A stretch of 62,973 nucleotides of DNA, the filler included, from Octopus bimaculoides (taxonomy: Eukaryota): NCBI RefSeq assembly GCF_001194135.2. It is 5 parts of 4 records of this genome, joined end to end, with 100 filler letters (N's around TTAATTAATTAA, not from the genome) between each part and the next. Parts side by side here need not be neighbours in the genome. Positions count along the whole stretch, not along the records: positions 31,818 to 43,586 come from NC_068983.1; positions 43,687 to 58,909 come from NC_068996.1; 3 more parts are not named here. The stretch is one strand, 5' to 3'. The translations under genes were made by a program, and so were the position numbers. How positions within the stretch are numbered: the stretch's first letter is position 1; each line of letters begins with the position of its first letter. Positions 41,145 through 53,354 of this stretch are shown here, piece by piece. The notes under the pieces are model-generated. The model searched no databases. It was not told where the DNA came from and saw nothing but the letters and a program-made list of their open reading frames with translations.

Positions 41145-41520
41145 NNNNNNNNNNNNNNNNNNNNNNNNNNNNNNNNNNNNNNNNNNNNNNNNNNNNNNNN
41201 NNNNNNNNNNNNNNNNNNNNNNNNNNNNNNNNNNNNNNNNNNNNNNNNNNNNNNNNNNNNNNNNNNNNNNNNNNNNNNNNNNNNNNNNNNNNNNNNNNNN
41301 NNNNNNNNNNNNNNNNNNNNNNNNNNNNNNNNNNNNNNNNNNNNNNNNNNNNNNNNNNNNNNNNNNNNNNNNNNNNNNNNNNNNNNNNNNNNNNNNNNNN
41401 NNNNNNNNNNNNNNNNNNNNNNNNNNNNNNNNNNNNNNNNNNNNNNNNNNNNNNNNNNNNNNNNNNNNNNNNNNNNNNNNNNNNNNNNNNNNNNNNNNNN
41501 NNNNNNNNNNNNNNTTACAA

Positions 41521-41650
41521 ACTTTCTCTCACTCTTACTTCCTGTTTCTGCTGTGCCTGTAATTCAAAGGGTCAGCCTTGTCACACTGTGTCACGCTGAA
41601 TATCCCCGAGAACTACGTTAAGGGTACACGTGTCTATGGAGTGCTCAGCC
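41521..41650. repeat. Interspersed repeat fragment (AATTCAAAGGGTCAGCCTTGTCACAC...GAGAACTACGTTAAGGGTACACGTGTC)
   Basis: GC-richer block that I recognise as a common octopus retroposon fragment; single copy here, so support is from memory only. Confidence 0.4.
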
Positions 41651-42380
41651 TGTGAAACACACAGACTAAGTCTATTTATGGACATCCTCCTAAAACCCTT
41701 CTTTAAACACATCAATAGTTATATCAGAGATGACTTGGATATGTTAAATCACCTCCCAAAGAAAGTCAAGGAAGAAACAATCATGATATCATTTGATGTG
41801 ATTAATTTATACACCAGTATACCTCATAATTATGGACTAGAAGAAATTCAGTTCTGGCTGGACCAATTCCCGGAACATATCCCAAACAGGATCAGTAAAG
41901 AATTCATTACTAAATCGGTTGAATTCATCTTACGAAACAACCACTTCATGTTTGACAATACTTTCTACCGACAAAAATCCGGAATTGCTATGGGCACTAG
42001 GGCAGCTCCAGTCATTGCGAACCTAACAATGGGTTACTTGGAAGTAATAATATACCAGGAATCTTTATCTACCTTTGGAAACACCCTTTTCCCAATACAT
42101 AAAAGAAAATTGGAAAAGATTCCTGGACGACTGTTTCATACTCTGGAATGAAAACACAGATGAACTCCTGAAATTCAAAAGTCAATTGAACAATGTCAAC
42201 CCAAACATACAGTTCACAATGGAATACTACTAAAAGGAGCTCCCATTCTTGGATATACTAATTAAAAAAGTAAACCTAAAAATAGAAACGGACATATTTT
42301 ACAAAACCACAGACGCCAATCAATATCTACTATTTGATTCATGCCACCCAAGACACCAAAACAAACATCCCTTTCAACCT
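41630..42380 (+). mobile_element. Penelope-like element reverse transcriptase fragment
   Basis: ISFDVINLYTSIP, FYRQKSGIAMGTRAAPVIANLTMG; after a frameshift WKRFLDDCFILW, NPNIQFTME, LPFLDILI, DIFYKTTDANQYLLFDSCHP. These are typical PLE RT motifs. Confidence 0.92.
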
Positions 42381-43248
42381 TGCTGTTTAGTTCGTTTACT
42401 GTACATGCGATTACTCCTGCTCCATATCTAAGGAGTGAAATAACCCAAGTGTTGATAACTTCAATCTTGTTTCGTCTTGTTTCTGCGTAAGTACTCCACC
42501 TTGAATTTTTCTGTCATTTCTTTTTCCATCAATTTGTCCATTTTCCAAAATCCCCAAGTACATATAACCCGGTTTCTTCTATCTGCTTCATAACCTCCCC
42601 CGACGGTATCGATAGCCCGTCCATACATTTGATTTTGCCTCTCTTCAAGACTAACACACCACACTTCCTCAGTCCGAACTCCATTCTGATATCAGCACTG
42701 AAAGTATACACCGTATCAACGAGGGAACTGACTTGGGATTCATTTTTACCATAAAGTTTGAAGTCATCCATGAATAACAAATGGTCGACTTTTTCTTGGC
42801 GGCTTTTGAATACATACCCAGTTTTTGCTTTCCTCAGAATCAGTGTTAGGGGTATCAAGCACAGTACAAAGATCAGTGGGAACAGGCAGTCCTCTTGAAA
42901 GATGCCCCTCCTGTCCCTAAACTTCCTCTGTATGCTGTCAGGTCCGTCCTCCAATTCGCCATACTTTTTCCAAGCAATCGCTCAACATTCGATGCAATAC
43001 CATATAGTTTCATACATTACATTATCCAAGAGTGTGGGATCATATCGTACGCCTTACGATAGTCGATCCACAACATGGCTAAGTTAGTTTTTCTCCTCTT
43101 GCAGTCTCTAAGTACAGTTTTGTCTATAAGGAGTTGATCCTTGTTACCTCTGCACTTACGCTTGCAATTTTTCTGCACATGTGGCAGGACTCCATTTTTT
43201 TTTTTTCAGATGTTCGTACATTGAGTCTGCGAGTATTCCAGTCAATAG
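42380..43248 (-). mobile_element. R4/Dong-like LINE RT core, copy e
   Basis: [84 protein letters not shown]; several frameshifts. Confidence 0.92.
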
Positions 43249-43274
43249 TATTATTATTATCATCATCATTATCA

Positions 43275-43312
<38 letters not shown>

Positions 43313-43353
43313 GTTGTTATTGTTATTGTTGTTGTTGTCGTTGTTGTTGTTGC

Positions 43354-43387
<34 letters not shown>

Positions 43388-43411
43388 CTTGTTCTTGTTC
43401 TTGTTCTTGTT

Positions 43412-43450
<39 letters not shown>

Positions 43451-43490
43451 ATCATCAACATCATCATCATCATCATCATCATCATAATTA

Positions 43491-43586
<96 letters not shown>
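43249..43586. repeat. Compound trinucleotide microsatellite (TAT/CAT/TGT/TCT/CGT blocks)
   Basis: Directly visible. Confidence 0.97.
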
Positions 43587-43686
43587 NNNNNNNNNNNNNN
43601 NNNNNNNNNNNNNNNNNNNNNNNNNNNNNNTTAATTAATTAANNNNNNNNNNNNNNNNNNNNNNNNNNNNNNNNNNNNNNNNNNNN
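43587..43686. other. Scaffolding gap linker N44-TTAATTAATTAA-N44
   Basis: Same 100-bp format; 12-mer at 43631-43642. Confidence 0.95.
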
Positions 43687-44614
43687 TATGTATGTATGCA
43701 TGTATGTATGTATGTATGCATGCATGCATGCATGTATGTATGTATGTATGTATGTATGTATGTATGTTATCAATCAGTTTCATTTCTGTATTTCTTGTTC
43801 ATAGAGAAAGAGCCGGACTCTAACATAGATTCAAGGCTCCTTCATTGGAACTTTTATCAACATCATCTAGGTATTTGTGCATGTGTGTGTGTGCAGTATT
43901 TGTATGTTTGTTTTATGGATGCGTTTTTATGTATATATTTTCATGTCTAGATGCATGCATATGTATTTATGTGCTAAATTTTTGGAAAGTTTTACATATC
44001 TTTACAGTTCCATTGATGGCTTGAATCTAATCAACCTTTTTCTTTCAGGTTTTGAGAACCCTAGTATGTACGTACGTACGTATTTTTGTATGTATATAAT
44101 TAGATAACTCGGTAGCTAGCCAGAGAGAGGGCTAGCTACAATGACATAATATGAAGCTGTGAGTGTGTTATTTCTGTTATCTATATGCTTCTAGAGTCTT
44201 GTTCGCTTGCTTGTTGGCTTTGCAAATCAGGTATAAGCAAAAGCCGTGTGTTATTCTAAGATGCTAACGGCCATCACCCGACCTGTTTGAAGTACTATAA
44301 CTTGTTTCAGGAATGTGATCATTCGCCGAATCTACAACATGCTTCGTAGCTGAGATTCAACTAACGGCTTTAACAATTAACAAAACAAACAAACAAGTCA
44401 TACGTAGCAAATTAATATGATAATGAATGCACGTTAAGCTGGATATAGTTTGAAATAAATAGCAGTGGCGAGGAATGTAGAGGGGCATCATTGCATCTGC
44501 TATTATGAAAAACTTACAGCAGTTATGAAGTGTGTTACGTTATAGGGCTACCTATGTGTGTGTGTATGTGTGCGTGTACATAGATATGTACATACATACA
44601 TACATGCATGCAAA

Positions 44615-44965
44615 TCTGGGCACCAAACCTTTAATCCGTTATTAGTTAATTAACGAAGTTAGCATTTTCGTTAACGATTTAAAATTAAAGTTAACTTTGG
44701 AAATCATTATCGGACTAATTAACTCAAGTCAACTTGGGTTAATTTCCATTAACTTCAATTCAGTTTTAGTTAATGGATTTTATAGTTTTGCCACTTTTTA
44801 AAGGTGCTTTTAGGTGGTTTTAGAGCAAAAACTGATTTTTTTTTCTATGCTAAAAATTAACGTTAACGGTTTATCGATAATTTCCGTTACATTTTTAAAG
44901 AATCAACTGATTCACGGTTATTGAAGTTAACTTTTTGGTTAACGGATAAACGGTTAACTTTGTTA
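44615..44965. mobile_element. GTTAAC-rich MITE-like element
   Basis: Many GTTAAC/TTAAC motifs clustered at both ends, with loose inverted similarity (TAATCCGTTA..AGTTAACTTT versus AAGTTAACTTTTTGGTTAACGGATAA). TSD not identified. Confidence 0.45.
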
Positions 44966-44996
44966 ACTTTTCGACTGACACGTGTGNNNNNNNNNN

Positions 44997-45260
44997 CAGG
45001 TGATGTAGACAAGAAACAGATGTATTAGTTTAATGCTCGGGAAGTGAAAAAGTCTTTAACGTTTCGAACCTACGCTCACAGAAAGGAACACAGAAAGAAA
45101 CAAGGAGAGAAAATAAGGAATATGTAGTGGCTAGCGATCTATCATGGCGAATGCTGGACAGAGGGGTCACATAGGAGAGCTAGGAAGAAGGGGAGATAAT
45201 AAAGTATTGGTGATCCCAAAACGAAGGTGCGCGTACGTTTGTATAAGAGAGCATGTATGT
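44997..45260 (-). mobile_element. Probable Penelope-type terminal repeat fragment
   Basis: Minus strand CTGTGAGCGTAGGTTCGAAACGTTAAAGAC, resembling the degenerate hammerhead motif at PLE ends. Confidence 0.45.
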
Positions 45261-46442
45261 GCGAGTGGAAGAGGGCTGGTGACCTTGACGCGTGCATGTG
45301 CGTATATGTAGGTGTGTGGATGTGGGGCTGGGAAGTGGTCAGTGCTAGTCTGTGCGTGATGGTGTGATGTGATGTGATGTGATTTTGTGTGGTATGGTGG
45401 TGTATGGTGTAGTGGTGTGTGGTGTGGTGTAATGGTGCTGGGATGTGGGGGAGGCGAGAGTGGGAAAAGCATGGGTGGGTGTGGGTTAGGCTGAGGGTGG
45501 GGGTAGAGGTGAGGCGTGTGGGTAGGCTGAGTGTGGGGAGGTAGAGGCGGGGTATGTAGGAGTGGGTGTAAGGGATGGGGTGAGAGTAGGATGGGATGTA
45601 TAGGGAAGGTTGTGTTGGATTGTGTGGGGTGGGGTNNNNNNNNNNNNNNNNNNNNNNNNNNNNNNNNNNNNNNNNNNNNNNNNNNNNNNNNNNNNNNNNN
45701 NNNNNNNNNNNNNNNNNNNNNNNNNNNNNNNNNNNNNNNNNNNNNNNNNNNNNNNNNNNNNNNNNNNNNNNNNNNNNNNNNNNNNNNNNNNNNNNNNNNN
45801 NNNNNNNNNNNNNNNNNNNNNNNNNNNNNNNNNNNNNNNNNNNNNNNNNNNNNNNNNNNNNNNNNNNNNNNNNNNNNNNNNNNNNNNNNNNNNNNNNNNN
45901 NNNNNNNNNNNNNNNNNNNNNNNNNNNNNNNNNNNNNNNNNNNNNNNNNNNNNNNNNNNNNNNNNNNNNNNNNNNNNNNNNNNNNNNNNNNNNNNNNNNN
46001 NNNNNNNNNNNNNNNNNNNNNNNNNNNNNNNNNNNNNNNNNNNNNNNNNNNNNNNNNNNNNNNNNNNNNNNNNNNNNNNNNNNNNNNNNNNNNNNNNNNN
46101 NNNNNNNNNNNNNNNNNNNNNNNNNNNNNNNNNNNNNNNNNNNNNNNNNNNNNNNNNNNNNNNNNNNNNNNNNNNNNNNNNNNNNNNNNNNNNNNNNNNN
46201 NNNNNNNNNNNNNNNNNNNNNNNNNNNNNNNNNNNNNNNNNNNNNNNNNNNNNNNNNNNNNNNNNNNNNNNNNNNNNNNNNNNNNNNNNNNNNNNNNNNN
46301 NNNNNNNNNNNNNNNNNNNNNNNNNNNNNNNNNNNNNNNNNNNNNNNNNNNNNNNNNNNNNNNNNNNNNNNNNNNNNNNNNNNNNNNNNNNNNNNNNNNN
46401 NNNNNNNNNNNNNNNNNNNNNNNNNNNNNNNNNNNNNNNNNN

Positions 46443-46509
<67 letters not shown>

Positions 46510-47460
46510 GTTATCTACATTTATTATTTATTATTATCCGCATTTCAACAAATTTTGAGGAAGAAAAAGAATATGTGTTGTGTGTTTGTATATGTATGTG
46601 CATGTATATATTTGTGTGCGTCTGTATGTATATGTACTTGCATGTTTATATGCAGGGTGTTTTGGTTAAATTTGTCGAATTTTATGTCTCCTTTTTTCAG
46701 GAACAACTTGATCTATTGATAAACAGTCAACGGCTTTGGAGAGCATGAAGTCTAAAACTGTAACTGAGAAAAAGTTAGCTGACATGGAGGAGTGGAAGCC
46801 GTTTGAATAATGGAAAAAAAATTGACCTGTATTATGATGATTCACACAGGTATCAAAATGCCGACATCATGACAGTTGCACAATGCTCTGGGAATACTAT
46901 AAAAACTGTATGACGTGATATGGACATCTGCAACGGAGACTACGAAGCTAAGGCAAACAGGAAGCGATACAGCAAGCGTTCGGACTGCGTCCGCATGCCA
47001 AATTTCAACCCCACATCTTTAAACAGGCTCAGTTCAAACGGCTATGCGAAGCTGCTGAACACTGTGGCTGGAGAGGGTTGCTGCTGGAAGGCCATATGTG
47101 TGGCAGCAGAATTCGGCTCCTTGTCATACCGCTGGAAAGAGTCAGAAGTAGTTGTCGGAGAATTTCCGCGACTTCATCAGCCTCGATTCCTAAAGCTGAA
47201 ACTGAGTGGTTGGACACCACAAGGATGACGAGAAGAGAGACGAGTGGGTCAGGAATGCCTGAGTGAAAATGTCATGAAGCCAGTCACCTCTGAGGAAAAG
47301 AGACTGTTATAAAGGCGGTAGAAAAGTAGAGATACTGGAAACTGACTTTATACCAATCGATCAAGGTTTCTTTTCTAAAGCGGTGGCCTAAATAACAAAA
47401 CAAGTGCTTGTTTTCGTTACTCTACATTGCGAGTGATATATCATTATTATTGTATTAAGA

Positions 47461-47664
47461 TAAGGCGACGAGATGGTAGAATCGTTAGCACACCAGGTAA
47501 AATGCTTAGCGGCAATCCGTCCGTCCTTACGTTCTGAGTTCAAATTCCGCCGAGGTCGACTTTGCCTTTCGGCGTCCATAAAGTAAGTACCAGGTGAGTA
47601 CGGGGTCGATGTAATCGACTTAACTTCTATCCCGAAATTACTGGCCTTGTGCCAAAATTTGAAA
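47461..47664 (+). mobile_element. SINE family A, best-preserved copy, with target-site duplication
   Basis: TAAGGCGACGAGATGGTAGAATCGTTAGC...GAGTTCAAATTCCGCCGAGGTCGACTTTGCCTTTC...GGGGTCGATGTAATCGACT; flanked by TCATTATTAT(TGT)ATTAAGAT and TCATTATTATATTAACAT. Confidence 0.9.
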
Positions 47665-48096
47665 TCATTATTATATTAACATGATGTACATAAATTCTTT
47701 CTTTGCTTCAATAAAGATATATTGAACTTCTTGCTTTCAACATAAATTCATATTAGGTATATGTATGTTTAAACACGACATAAACGATACATACTGAGTG
47801 TGTGTAAATGTGTTTGTAAGTATGTATATATATGTATGTATGCATGTATGTATATGTATACACACACACATAAATACATATACATATATGCATACACACA
47901 CATATACATACTCACATATATACATGTATACATACACACAATACAAACACGCATACACATATATACGCACATAGACACAGTCAGTTTGACAACACTACCA
48001 CCGACACATATACAGAAATGAATGGATAAATAAAACCTGGTTAATGCAGTACCACCCCAAGAACACAATTAAACTTGTCACATCAAATATGTGCAG

Positions 48097-48098
<2 letters not shown>

Positions 48099-48150
<52 letters not shown>
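48099..48150. repeat. (AAT)n microsatellite
   Basis: Directly visible. Confidence 0.95.
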
Positions 48151-48151
<1 letters not shown>

Positions 48152-48790
48152 GCAACAATGGCAACGACAATAATAGGAACAATAATAACAACAACAAAAA
48201 GCAGTAACAACAGCAGCAACATGAAGAACAGCCACAAAAAGCAAAACTAAACCGGTCGAGCTTGTTTCATGTTGCAAGCTTATTGGTAGAGAATCATTTG
48301 AATTGCAGTGTTCCAGTTGTACAACTTGCTTGCTTCTTTTGTAATAGCTACCCCGTTCTTTGTTACTATTAGAGTCGGTTGATAACGATGATTACTATAG
48401 CAGTGGTGGTTGTAGTAGTAAGAATAACAACAACAGCAAAAATACCAACATTTCATTTGCCACACGGTTGACGGATGTCACTAAAAGTTACTAAAGGTGT
48501 GTGGGGTTTTACATTGAATAAGAGAAAAGAAAAAGAAAAGAATGAAAGCGAAAGTATACACAGTGATAAATGTTCATAAGGGAGAGAATACCACCTGTTG
48601 AGTAGGATCAACCAAGGAACACCTCATATTCTGGATTACTCTGTCTACCAAAGATTAATTCTCTTTCCAAGCTATCATTCTTCAGCCTATATACACAGCT
48701 ATGTAGGCTCATTCACTTGGGCCACGATCGCTACTCTCATATTTCGACAAATTTACTGGTGGAAAATATTTCTTTCTCGACTCTCACTCT

Positions 48791-48971
48791 TCTAAAGCGG
48801 TGGCGTAAATAACAAAACAAATGCTTGCTTTCGTTATCCTACATTCCGAATACAAACCCCATCTCCTAATCGGTGAAGTAGGAGGTGTCAATAAAATATG
48901 TAACAGTCATGTATCCCATGCCAAAGTGATATATTATTATATTAAGACGATGTACACAAATTCTATCTTTG
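48791..48971 (+). repeat. Second copy of the segment at 47374-47705, lacking the SINE
   Basis: First 59 nt match 47374-47432 at 53/59 positions; the end matches 47681-47705. Confidence 0.85.
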
Positions 48972-49776
48972 TATCTTTGCTACAAATATATTAGATTGAT
49001 ATATTAGACTCTACACGCAAGTGAAAATTGAGTAAGGTGATGTGGGTTTAGTCGAAATGGAAAATGTCTGTCTTTAGTCTTTTCACTCCCATCTACCATA
49101 CGACCTCTATGCCGCGCCAGGCAGAGGAAAACTACCTACCCTTCCCGGTTAAAGGACGGCGGCGAGTCGACCATCAAGATGGACTCAGACGTTTACCCAA
49201 TCCATATTGTATGCAGAAGTAGCAGTTAGACAAAACTCTGCCAAGTCCATAATGCTCGGAAATAGAATAAATAAGTGGAGAACGGTTTCGTCGTTCTGTG
49301 CGCCTAGCTTTGATCTTTGACTTAGAATTACATTTCTTTCACAGAGACGAGCTATAAAAACGTATCTAAAAAAGCATGACAGCTCCTGCTCATTGCAAGG
49401 GATCTTTGCCAGTACCGCAGTTTCAGCGCATATCTGTACATCCTAAACCACAGCATATCGAATCAGCTGTGCATAGGGTTTGTGCGCAGATGACTGTCTG
49501 GCTAATAGAACAAGCCCTTTCAAGCAGAAGCAAAAGGGATGTCCCATTCTAGTCTCACGAGAAATGGATCAAAGTATAGCGGTGTCGCCACCACACGGGC
49601 GATGGATGAAGGAGAATTATTAATGTAAATAACAAAAGTGATAAGAGGGGTTCCGCACGATCGATTCTTTAATATGAATATGAAATGAAAACAACAGTGT
49701 GATACTACTGTTGCTACAGCTAACGCTGCTGGTGGTGGTGTTGACGACGATGATGGCGATGACTATGATGACGATA

Positions 49777-49819
<43 letters not shown>

Positions 49820-50459
49820 CGTTGACGTTGTCGGCAACATCATAAAACTACTAACGACAGCATAGCAGCAGCAACAACTACAACAGCATTAACAAAAAAC
49901 AACAGCTATTGCGGCATCCACATATCAAAAATTACAATATTTAATCTACAATAATAATATATTTGCAGAAGATTCTTTCTTTTCTTTTTTTTTTAAACCT
50001 GTCATGTAGGAGAAAAGCAAACGTGCTACTGACTTAGATGTCGCCTACATCAAAGGCCATTCTTAAATATCAAATTTTACAAGAGTTGGCAACTTTTCTC
50101 CACTTAATCTTAGAGAAGCAAGACGTTCACCTATTGACCAAGTCAACTTTGTCCGCATTTTCTATAAGTAGCCACCGTTATCTTTAGAACTGACATACTC
50201 TTGCTGTTACTTTCCACTCTCTCACAATCAACCGCTCCCATGTCAAAACGTTGCACCACGATCTCTGAAAAGACCAAAGTTCGTTGACATACACTGGCTT
50301 CATAAATATCACCTCCTCAGAGTACAATAAATATTTTTTGATAGAAACTGTAGTAGATCATCCGTAGGATTTGCTTGAATATAGCTTATCAAATTGTAAC
50401 TACTGAATAACAACATATAAAATATAAACTATAAAAGAGAAAGTTTTGATACTCGGATC

Positions 50460-50752
50460 GATCAGTGAGGTTGGGGTGGTTGGAGAACCGATGTATGAAT
50501 TATTATAATTGTCCTATATTGCGCTTACACTAGTTTCATTTCAGAGAGCGTCTAAGTGTTTTATTGACCTGCTTGAAGCAATAATCAAATTTCCGTCAAA
50601 CCACACACTGCTGTTTTAAAAAAATAAAATACATTGGATAACTTGGTCTTGAATACCTTTGCAGGAATGGTCACAAATGGAAGGCCTTTGAGCATATGTC
50701 TGCTTGATCAGAACTGACCTGTTGCTAAACAATTGTTGCTACTTAGGTTCTA
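50460..50752 (+). mobile_element. Interspersed repeat family D, longest copy
   Basis: GACCTGCTTGAAGCAAT..CAAATTTCCGTCAAACCACAC...GGTCACAAATGGAAGGCCTTTGAGCATATGTCTGCTTGATCAGAACTGACCTG. The 3' block recurs at about 56033, 57001, 57130, 57943, 61706 and 61921. Confidence 0.6.
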
Positions 50753-50804
50753 AATAACAACAATTGTCTGTTGCTATTTAGAACCTATGTTATGTCACTA
50801 ACCT

Positions 50805-50900
50805 GTTGCCTTGGGCAGCTGTCTTCTACCCATAGCTTCCGGTGGAACAATTTATGAATAGATTTGAGGAGACGGAAGTTATAAAGACGCCCGTTGTAAA
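50805..50900 (+). mobile_element. SINE family B 3' half
   Basis: CCTTGGGCAGCTGTCTTCTACCCATAGC...GATTTGAGGAGACGGAAG..AAAGACGCCCGTTGTA. Confidence 0.7.
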
Positions 50901-52378
50901 CATATACTTACATACATACATACATACATGCATACATACATACATACATACATACATACATACACACAAAGACGCACATACACGCGCGCGCGCATGCACA
51001 CACACATACACACACAAATACATACAGACATATATACATATATACATATGTACATATGTGTGAGTGTGTGTGTGTTTGTGTGTGCGTGTGTGTGTATGTG
51101 TGTGTGTGTGCAGTATAAAATGGGTTTAGTTATCACTGTCATCCTTTGCACAAACATTCATCTTTAAATTTTAAGTTCTTGCATATTTTTTATTGCGGAA
51201 AGTAAAGTGAGCATTTTAGTGTATGAATTAGTGCTGCATTCTTCCTCCAATCTGTCTGACTGTATCTATGTAAATATGTATGCATGTATGTATGTATTAT
51301 GTATGTATTATGTATGTATTATGTATGGATGGATGCATGCATGCATGTATGCATGTATGTATGTATGTAAGTATGTATGCATATTCGGCGAGAGTTATAA
51401 TCACTACCTCTGCCATCGAACTAAAACTCCAGGTGTGTTTCTTGTTCTGTTTGAGTTACACTGAAAAACCCTTGTCGCTGTCACCATTTTGCCATTTTAG
51501 ATTAAGTGAATCCGTTATTGACTCGTTGGAAACCTGTAACCAACGATACTGCTGTTCACAAAAACGCGATATAAACAACTACGTAATAATTAGAAAGTAA
51601 ATAAAGCAAATAATCACATAGTCTAACTCCTCTGCGCCATTATTTCTACCAATCCATCACTTTTATTGCACGACTTACACTATACACAGACATTACTGTT
51701 AGTCACAGAGAAATATCACAACAGAAACAGAAGCCATGTTAAGTGAATAACAGTAAAGACTATTCACGTAAAGACCCCAAAAAAATTGTAAAACACGTTT
51801 CGCCCCGGTGAAATTATAAATTGAGGATTTCATAAACAGTGTCAGCATCTTACATTGAAAATGAGTGAGAAGGTAAACCACTCACTGCTTATCACTTCAC
51901 CGATACCGGTTCAAGTCTCGTTAGGATCAACTGTTTTTTTTTTTTAGCTTCAAGGGTTGTGGATGGACAGAATCGTGAGAATGTTGTTGAAAATGCTTTT
52001 GCAGTTTTGCGATATTTGTTTCGACACTATGTTCAGAGGTCAAACCCCTACGTGGTCAACTTTGGTTTTCCTCCGAAAGTACCAATAACATACTCAGGTC
52101 TATCGTATTGAAAATTACTGGCATTGGGCCTTAATAAGAAAGGGTTACTTCAAAGACCTAAGTTAGATGGCAGCAATACCTATAGTGGTTGACAAAGAAA
52201 CAAAACTATTGTAGTAAAAGCTCACAACGTGTAAGTATAAAGAATTTAAAAGAAGAAGTGTATTCAGTTTGTAGACCTTGGTAGGAAAGACATGAATTTG
52301 TGTGTTTGGAGAGGTGGGTGAGGAATAGTTTGCTTGTGTCTATCTGTGTCAGTGATTAAAGACAGTATATACATATGA

Positions 52379-52422
<44 letters not shown>

Positions 52423-53314
52423 ACATGAATGCACGCGCATGTTTTCTCAAAACCTTGCTTCTCCATTTCATTAAAAGTTGCCCCGCAAGTCAACCGAAAA
52501 GACAAGTTATCGAGCACAGAACGAAATCGAGGCAACATAAAGGCCACGTAGACGACCATAACATTTAATAAAAATAAGATATTTGTGCTGGTATTTTACT
52601 TACTGGACTACCCATAATGCTACTATTTACGCAGTCGATTATACATACAGTGATATTATTCATAGTGTTTTTGTTTCCTTTTTATAATTTTTTTTTTTTG
52701 TTCGGGGGTAATTTCTCACACTGTCCATTCACCGAATTACACCAACTGTGTTAATACACTCGTGAAATGAATAAACTCTATAGTTTCCAGCACATATTCT
52801 CTTCCCAGCCGTCTGCACACGTTGTACGCACCCATTGCATTGGATGTAGTAACATCCAATGTTTAGTTAATTTAAATTACTAATCAGCTGCCCATTGTTT
52901 TGTTTCATAGTTTGCAGTTTGCATTGATCTTTCGTTACCACATTGCGTCAAAAGAAAAGAAAGTAATAGAGTGATCACGTGGCCTCCTTTGGCGAACACT
53001 GACTATTTTGTGGACTGTAGCTATTTCGCCGTTTTCATGAACGTGAACAGCTCACATTTTCTTTTCTTAAAATCTCTACTTATATATACATACACACAAA
53101 CACGCACACTCTATTTTTCCTCTCCTTCCTTCTCTCTCTCCTTCTCACTCTTCTTTCTCTCTCCTCACTCTTTCTCCTTTCTTTCATTCTCCTTTCTTTC
53201 ATTCTTTGTCTCACATACACACACGTACAAATGCACGCCACACATACACACATACACAGAAACACATACACACATACATACACACACTCTCTCTCTCTCT
53301 GTTTTTCTTCTTTA

Positions 53315-53354
<40 letters not shown>

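Noticed and set aside
46880-47340. Possible RTE LINE C-terminus (LLLEGHMCGSR)
   Set aside because: Single weak motif; not enough to call.
49100-49620. Possible Tx1 C-terminal zinc-finger relic on the minus strand (NDETVLHLF)
   Set aside because: One short degenerate motif, with neighbouring motifs not in a convincing order.
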